From the IMG/VR virus record IMGVR_UViG_3300033463_000007, positions 1-64,000 of that record: 64,000 nt of DNA. One strand, written 5' to 3'. How positions within the stretch are numbered: position 1 is the first letter of the stretch; each line of letters opens with the position of its first letter. This DNA comes from a virus. Lineage: Duplodnaviria; Heunggongvirae; Uroviricota; Caudoviricetes. The notes beneath the pieces were generated by a model. That model saw only the letters and a list, made by a program, of their open reading frames with translations, did not search any database and was not told the DNA's origin. Position numbers and translations under genes: made by a program. This document shows, in pieces, positions 57,448-64,000 of this stretch.

Positions 57448-58821
57448 ATGGCGGATTCAACTATCTTCTATTTACCAAGTAACTATATAAAAATTTTTCC
57501 ATGTGCAAATCGTGGAGCGGCTAATATAGAAGCAAAGCTAAGTACTGAATATAATATTAGAAATATACCGGGTAAGTTAGCCAGTAATTATCTTGTAGAA
57601 AAAAATACAAGTACATCTGGATATAAAATCATTATCAGTCTTGTACTTGCAAGCTATTTTATTGAAATTAAAATACCAAGTACTGCTGGTGATATAGCCA
57701 ATCCTTTTTTAGAAGGGTATGCTAATGACTTATTTTGTGGAATTCGGCTAGCAGATAAACCTTTAACTGCTGATGCTCAAAAGACTCAGGTATTAGCTTG
57801 TGTAGATACTGGTGATACAACCATTTTAGATGTGAATGATTACTTTAAAGGTATTGCTTTCTGGACTAACAGCAATGATGCCCCTAGCGGTGATGATATA
57901 ATAACATTTACACTTCGTACAAGATCAGGTTCATCATCAGCCGCTACATGAATATCTGATAAAGCAATTGACCCAAATACAATACCAATAGCAACAAATG
58001 AAACTTACGGTGTAATAAAATTAAATACTGATGATATAATTTCAAATGATTTTTCAGATGTTGGCTCTCTTAATACTCAAACTTATCAAATTCAAATTCA
58101 ATCAAAGAATGGTTCAGACCCTGTACTTGGTGTTAAGATTCCGTATTCTGAAGCTGATACTACTACAAGTTCGGCTGGCTTGGGTATATTAATGGGAAAA
58201 TATAATACTAATCATTCAAAATTTAGTTTTATACCATATACTGGTCGAATAGCTGGTAAATTTTATAGTGGTACTGCTAATCCAACTTCTAGCACAAGAC
58301 TAAATTATGATGGACAATTTTATGCTACAGAAGTATATGCTGAAGGAGCTCGTACTGTAGTTGATTGGGAATTAGCGGCTGCTGAGGCTCGTATAACTGT
58401 TTTAGAATCTAGTCCTATGCTACCTTCAGATAATATTACGTTAGGTGCTATGTTTTATTGTAGTAATGTTGATGATAAAACTATTTCTAAATTAGATATT
58501 GGAAATACTAATTATATTATGGCATCAAGTGGAACAGCTCCAAAGTGAATTAATCTAGTTAGCGGTAATGGTATAACAATAAATAAGAGTTCAAGTCAAT
58601 TTACAATAACTACTAAAGCTAAAACTAATGGTGGTGTAAGTAATACTTCCGATGGCCTTGCTGTTCAAATAAAAACTGATGGCGGCTTAGTGTGTGATGA
58701 TAATGGTATATGAGTAAAGCTTGCAGAAGGTGGTGGTATTGTATTTGATTCAACAGCAACAGATCCCAGTAAACGTGGATTAAAACTTGATATTCAAGAG
58801 GCGGCTGGACATAGCTTTTAA
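57448..58821 (+). CDS. Tail fibre-like protein (457 aa, code 4)
   Basis: ATNETYGVIKL fibre motif; C-terminal Gly-patterned shaft-like repeats (KTNGGVSNTSDGLAVQIKTDGGLVCDDNGI). Confidence 0.7.
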
Positions 58822-58835
58822 AGGAGTACTATAGA

Positions 58836-59444
58836 ATGCCTAATAATGAAACAGTAAATGAATATATTTATTCAGCATCAAAAGCAGAATTGTCTGGCAT
58901 TGCAGATAGTATTAGACAAAGAGCTTATAATACGGATGATCTAAATTTTGCAGACAACTATATAGAATTAATTAATAAATTGCCTATTAGAGCTATACCA
59001 AATCAAACTTATACTATTGTAGGTACAAATGCAGCAAATCAAACCATTTACACAGGACAACTAATTTTAATTAAACAACTAGCAAGTACAAGTTTTGAAT
59101 TCTATTATTTAAATCCAAAAAGCTTATCCACTTGCTTGGAGTTAGAATTAAATAATTTTAGTTATTTTATTGGCTATGCCCTTGAAACAAGTAATAATGG
59201 TGATACAAATGTTTCCATTTGTAAACTGCTTCAAGTTAATAATCAATTAATAAATAATAAAAAATATAAAATAGACTGAAAATACAAAAATAATACTGTA
59301 AAAACAGAGTATTATTTACCTAATAGTATTCCAAACCCAACGAGTGAACCTATAGCTATTGGTAAAACTTTTTCAACTTGAACTCCTGCAATAGCTGAGG
59401 CTACAGAGGATACAAGTTATACTGCAACTTTTACAGCAAATTAA
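58836..59444 (+). CDS. Fibre-associated protein with a C-terminal Listeria-Bacteroides (InlB B)-like repeat (202 aa, code 4)
   Basis: N-terminal LSGIADSIRQR; C-terminal P..IGKTFST(W)TP.....DTSYTATF. Confidence 0.65.
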
Positions 59445-59461
59445 AGGAGCTATCTTTTATT

Positions 59462-62400
59462 ATGGCAGATACAACAAAATATTTAGTACAAAAAAATGAT
59501 TTAAATAGAATCGCTCAAAGCATAAGGGATAAGCAAAGAGCTCGAAGTGGGCAAGACCTTAGTTTATTAACTTTTCCAAATGAATTCAGACAGGAAATAA
59601 AAAATTTAGCTCCAATAATTTCTATTAATTCTACTACGCCAACTACAAATACCTGTGCTCTTGGAAAAATTTCACCTGGAGATTTAGTTAAGTATAATCT
59701 AATAGATGAACCTGTTTTTGAATCCTACGATGATAGTGAATTTTCTAACGGTTGAGTTGCTAAAGATACTGAGACTCAAAAAATGATTTGAGGCGGACCA
59801 AATTGTCAATATTTAGCGCTGCTACGTGCAATTTCAAATGATAATACTTTTTTAGAACTTTTTAAACTTAATACAGATACACTTGAGCTTAAAAGTATAA
59901 ATACGGTTTTTAAAGTTCCTAAAGCAAATGGTAGTTATGATGATACTTTATATAATAACCTTTATAAAGATCAAAATCACTATAAAGTAATAAATATTTG
60001 TTGAGCCAATGATACCTTATTGATCTTAATGAAATGGTCTAATGGTAGTAATATTTATTTACATTTATTTAGTGCAATTTTTTCAGCAGACTCAGAATAT
60101 ATAATAAAATATACAAGACTTTCAAGTAGTAAATTTAATCCAACTTTTTCTGAAATTAGTTTTGGTAAAACTGGTAACTTGAGAACTTCTTATAATAGCT
60201 CTGTTTTAGAAAGTACTAGAATTAATGAAAATAAAAGTATTATTTTACTTTGAAGCGGATTAGGTGGCAGTACTTCTGATAAACAAAGTTGCTTTTTAGG
60301 TGTATATGATAAAGCGCAAGATCTTTTATCCAGTAGTACTTCAGTTATTTCTGGTATAAATTTATCTAATAATGATATACTTCGAGATACGGATGCTGGT
60401 AATAAAATTTTGGGGGCTATTGGAAATATATATCAGAAATCTGGTTCATATTATTATTTTAATGTTGCACTTTGATCCGATTATGAAATTCAATCACAAA
60501 CAGAACTTTGTGATCTAAAAGTTTCTACATTTGTAATAGAACCACAAACAAATAGTATAAGCTTCGATAGAAGTACTCATTTTGATGAAGACTGCCCTGG
60601 ACCACTTGCTGGCGGTACTTGAATTAATTCGCTATCTTGAGATAACTCTGGTTGTTTACTGACTGTATGTACAAATGCTTTTATAGATAGCACTGATCAA
60701 CATTCTTATGTTGGAAAAATTTTAGCTGTAACAATCCGTAACGTAGAAGATACTTATTTCTATCTTGACCTACCAACAGTAGACAATATTCAAAATCCGG
60801 GCAACGAATTAAGTAAAAATACATTTTGCAAATGAAGACCCTGATCTTTAACAATGCAAAATAAATATAATACTCAAATTACAGCAAATCAAAACACTAT
60901 AGTACAAGAACATTTAACAATGTGTATTGACGGCATTTTTTATGATTATCTTGTTGAATGAACAGGTAATTTAATAAATTATACCAAAAGTGCTTATACT
61001 AATACTTATTATATTAAATCATTCGATACAGGTGCATTAACACAATTAAATATGCCTGATACAGATTATTCTACAGATTTATTTATTTGAGATTTTTATC
61101 ATGCTAATAATTCTTTATCTGGTTCTATTTTAACTATAGGCACTTGTGGTCAACAAAATACAAGTGGCCAAGAACCATTATTATATCGCGGCTGATATTG
61201 GAGACTTTATTCTTGAAATAATGATTCATATAAATTAGCCACTAAAGTATATGATCTCTCTACATTTAATTGTGATAAAATTGGTATCGGATATTTACCA
61301 CTTGAAAAAGATATAATTCAATTTGGAGAATTAGATAATTCAACTATTGAATATTGTACTTATATAAATGATTTACAAGAAAATGATGTTATTAAATTAG
61401 TGTTAGACCCCACAATTCTTGGTGCTGATTTTGGATACTACAATAATACCGAGCAATATGCTTTAGTTAGATTTTCTAGTAATAAAGCTTTACAATTAGA
61501 AATTAAAAATCAATTAATTACTATAACTAATATTACAAAACTAGCATATAGAAAAGTTTTATTTACAGTAACTTTTAAAACTAATGATGGCAGTGAAACT
61601 ATTGCAATATTAGAACATGTTATACCTGGTAGTGATATAACTTTTTCAGGTGATACACCTACAAAAAATCCTGCTATAATAGATCATTATATTGAATATT
61701 ATGAATTTAATGGCTGGAATAAAAAACCAAATACAATTACAAACTATCCTGATTTCGGATTAGTTATTTCTGAGGTTGCAAGTAACTTAATATTATATGC
61801 TTCTTTTAAAATTTTATCAGCTACTGCAGGTGGACATATCCCGGTACAATATACTATTATACCTCCAACTGTACTTAATGGACGTGTAGCATATTATAAT
61901 AATCCAACACAAGAAATACCACCAATTTATACGGGTGCTTATAATACTCTTGTATGTAGACTAATACAACCAGATGAAGGCTATTATACAACTCAGACAA
62001 ATCCCCGAATTATAAATTTAGATGAAAATAATTTTACTTTCGGTACAAACCCAGAAGATCCTCCGATAACACCCGAGAATCCCTATGGCAAGGCTTGACC
62101 AAAAGAAACTATACCTGGCTGTCAACGAATGATGGGATTACTTATGCAAGGTACATTACCAACTGGTATAAGTATTTTGCAAACATATCGACAAGCCTGA
62201 AATACAACCGGAAATACATTTTCACCTGTTGATTATAATACTGTTATATATTATGGTGATAAATTTTATTGGCAAGCAGCTGCAACAGCTGGCTACTCAC
62301 AACCCTCTATTACATATGATAGTATTAATAATTATTATACTTGAGAGCCTGCTAGTATTAATATTAATAATCTAAATAGTGTCGAAACTTCTGGCGTTAA

Positions 62401-64000
62401 GAGTGGAACAAAAGTAAATTATAAAGTAAACTTTCCAGAAAGTTTACTTTGACTAGACAGTACTGATGATACACAATTAGCAGATGTTAGCAATGTAACT
62501 ACTCAAATTGGAGATACAATTTCATTATATTTTCAACCTGTAGAGCTCGATACTGGAGATATTAATGGTGATGGCCAAATTGATACTGAAGATGTAAGTG
62601 CCCTATTTAATTATTTGGCTAATGGTGATACTACTTTAAATAATGCACTCGCGGATATTAATAATGATGGTAAAGTATCAGTAGGTAATATTGGCTGAGC
62701 TGCTTATGCTGATCCAGACTATAATGCTTTAGACTGATTAACTAGCCAAGTAAATATAAATTATAATGATTATATACATAATCATGCATATCATAAAGTT
62801 CTGGTTTATTGCTCTGGAAAACGTGAAGGCGATACTCAACCAAGAATTATATGAAGTTATATAGCAAAACCAAAAAGTCCAAATACCACCCCAAGAGACC
62901 AAAGTATAATTGGGCAATTTCCATGAGATACTGATTATGAATATGATTTAACTTATAGTAATAATTTAATAGAAGAAGATTATTTTCATGAATATATAAA
63001 TATTACTGCAAATAGCATAAGTAATAACTCATATAATTTAACAATTCTTGGTCAGGCTATTTCACAAAGAGCTTCTTATCCAATAACTTTTATAGCTGAT
63101 CCTGGTATTAATTATATTAGATATAAACAATATAATAGTGGCTCTGGTACATGAGATAGTAATTGAACTATAGCGATCACAAATTCTAATTATACAACAA
63201 CTAAAAAGACTATACTTTTTCCAAGCACTGATAAACTTCAAGTCTATGTGACTCCAAAATCTGGCTGAACACTTAAGGGTAATTGGGCTGGTAATAATGA
63301 AAATAATCCGTATCAAATTAATAAGATATCAGATAATGATTTTTATGGCTGCAGGCTAGCACCACAAACACAGTTTATTATTAAATATCATTGTCATATT
63401 TATGAAGCTATGCAACCTGATGCCTCAACTTGATTACCAAAAGAAACTAGAGATGTTGATATATTTTTTGATCCAAAAAATTCAGATACCAGCTATGGTA
63501 CATATATAGAAAATGCGCCTACTTTAGTAGATGCTGCACCAATAATGGGTGATTTTGATGTTTATGAAAATAATTTAATGAGTGTTTCAACAGGTAATAA
63601 GGCTATTTCTATGAATAGTCATAGATCGGATGTTTGAGCTTCAAAATATCAATATTCTACTAAATACACTGTCTATTTTTCATTTGATACAGAAATAATA
63701 GATACTGCATTTGTTTGCACACAAATAAATGGCAACGGTGAACACTATTCTTCTGGTGAAGGTTTTATACAAGGCACAAAACTTTATAAATTTATTCAGT
63801 TGAAGAATGATACTAATATTTATAATTATACTTTACCAAATTCTGCCACACAAATATCAGGCTTACTCTATAGATTAGAGGATACTGCGTATACTATAAG
63901 TACAACTATAACTAATAATCTAGGTAGCTTTACTTCTGGCATTTCTAAAGCACTAAGAAGTTTTACATATACACAAGATAGTATTAATAATGTAGAAAAT
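59462..64000 (+). CDS. Large receptor-binding/adhesin-like protein with InlB B-like repeat and dockerin-like domain (>1500 aa, runs off window)
   Basis: Single code-4 frame to the window end. N-terminal LNRIAQSIRDK..LTFPNEF; FTVTF....PTK....YEFNGW...LYASF repeat; GDINGDGQIDTEDVSALFNYL..ADINNDGKV. Confidence 0.8.

Noticed and set aside
1094-64000. Many short ORF fragments suggesting pseudogenes or sequencing errors
   Set aside because: Fragments stay in one frame and are separated only by TGA at Trp positions; recoding explains them.

Overview
A 64 kb, very AT-rich segment of a large T4-like myovirus (contractile tail) genome. It is translated with TGA = Trp (genetic code 4), so the supplied ORF track fragments most genes. 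Read in code 4, the window is densely coding, almost all on the + strand, and every complete gene I traced ends in TAA or TAG. Gene order: (1) a peptide deformylase homologue lacking its metal ligands, and topA; (2) putative head-packaged proteins carrying L/I-x-E prohead-protease-type sites: MoxR AAA+ ATPase, HExxH metallopeptidase, vWA protein, a nucleotidyltransferase-containing polyprotein and a Nudix-SWIM fusion; (3) terminase with two inteins, portal, protease-scaffold fusion and major capsid; (4) a Hef-like homing endonuclease on the - strand and a divergent formate-tetrahydrofolate ligase; (5) two glycan-modifying enzymes that both end in YLYF; (6) neck, sheath, tube, a frameshifted tail chaperone, tape measure, baseplate and fibre genes, the last containing a dockerin-like domain. 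A repeated intergenic motif GCTAAATTA (10 copies, mostly just after terminators) is a candidate late promoter. I saw no tRNA, rRNA or CRISPR array. All assignments come from motif recognition by eye; no database searches were run, and counts are hand counts.
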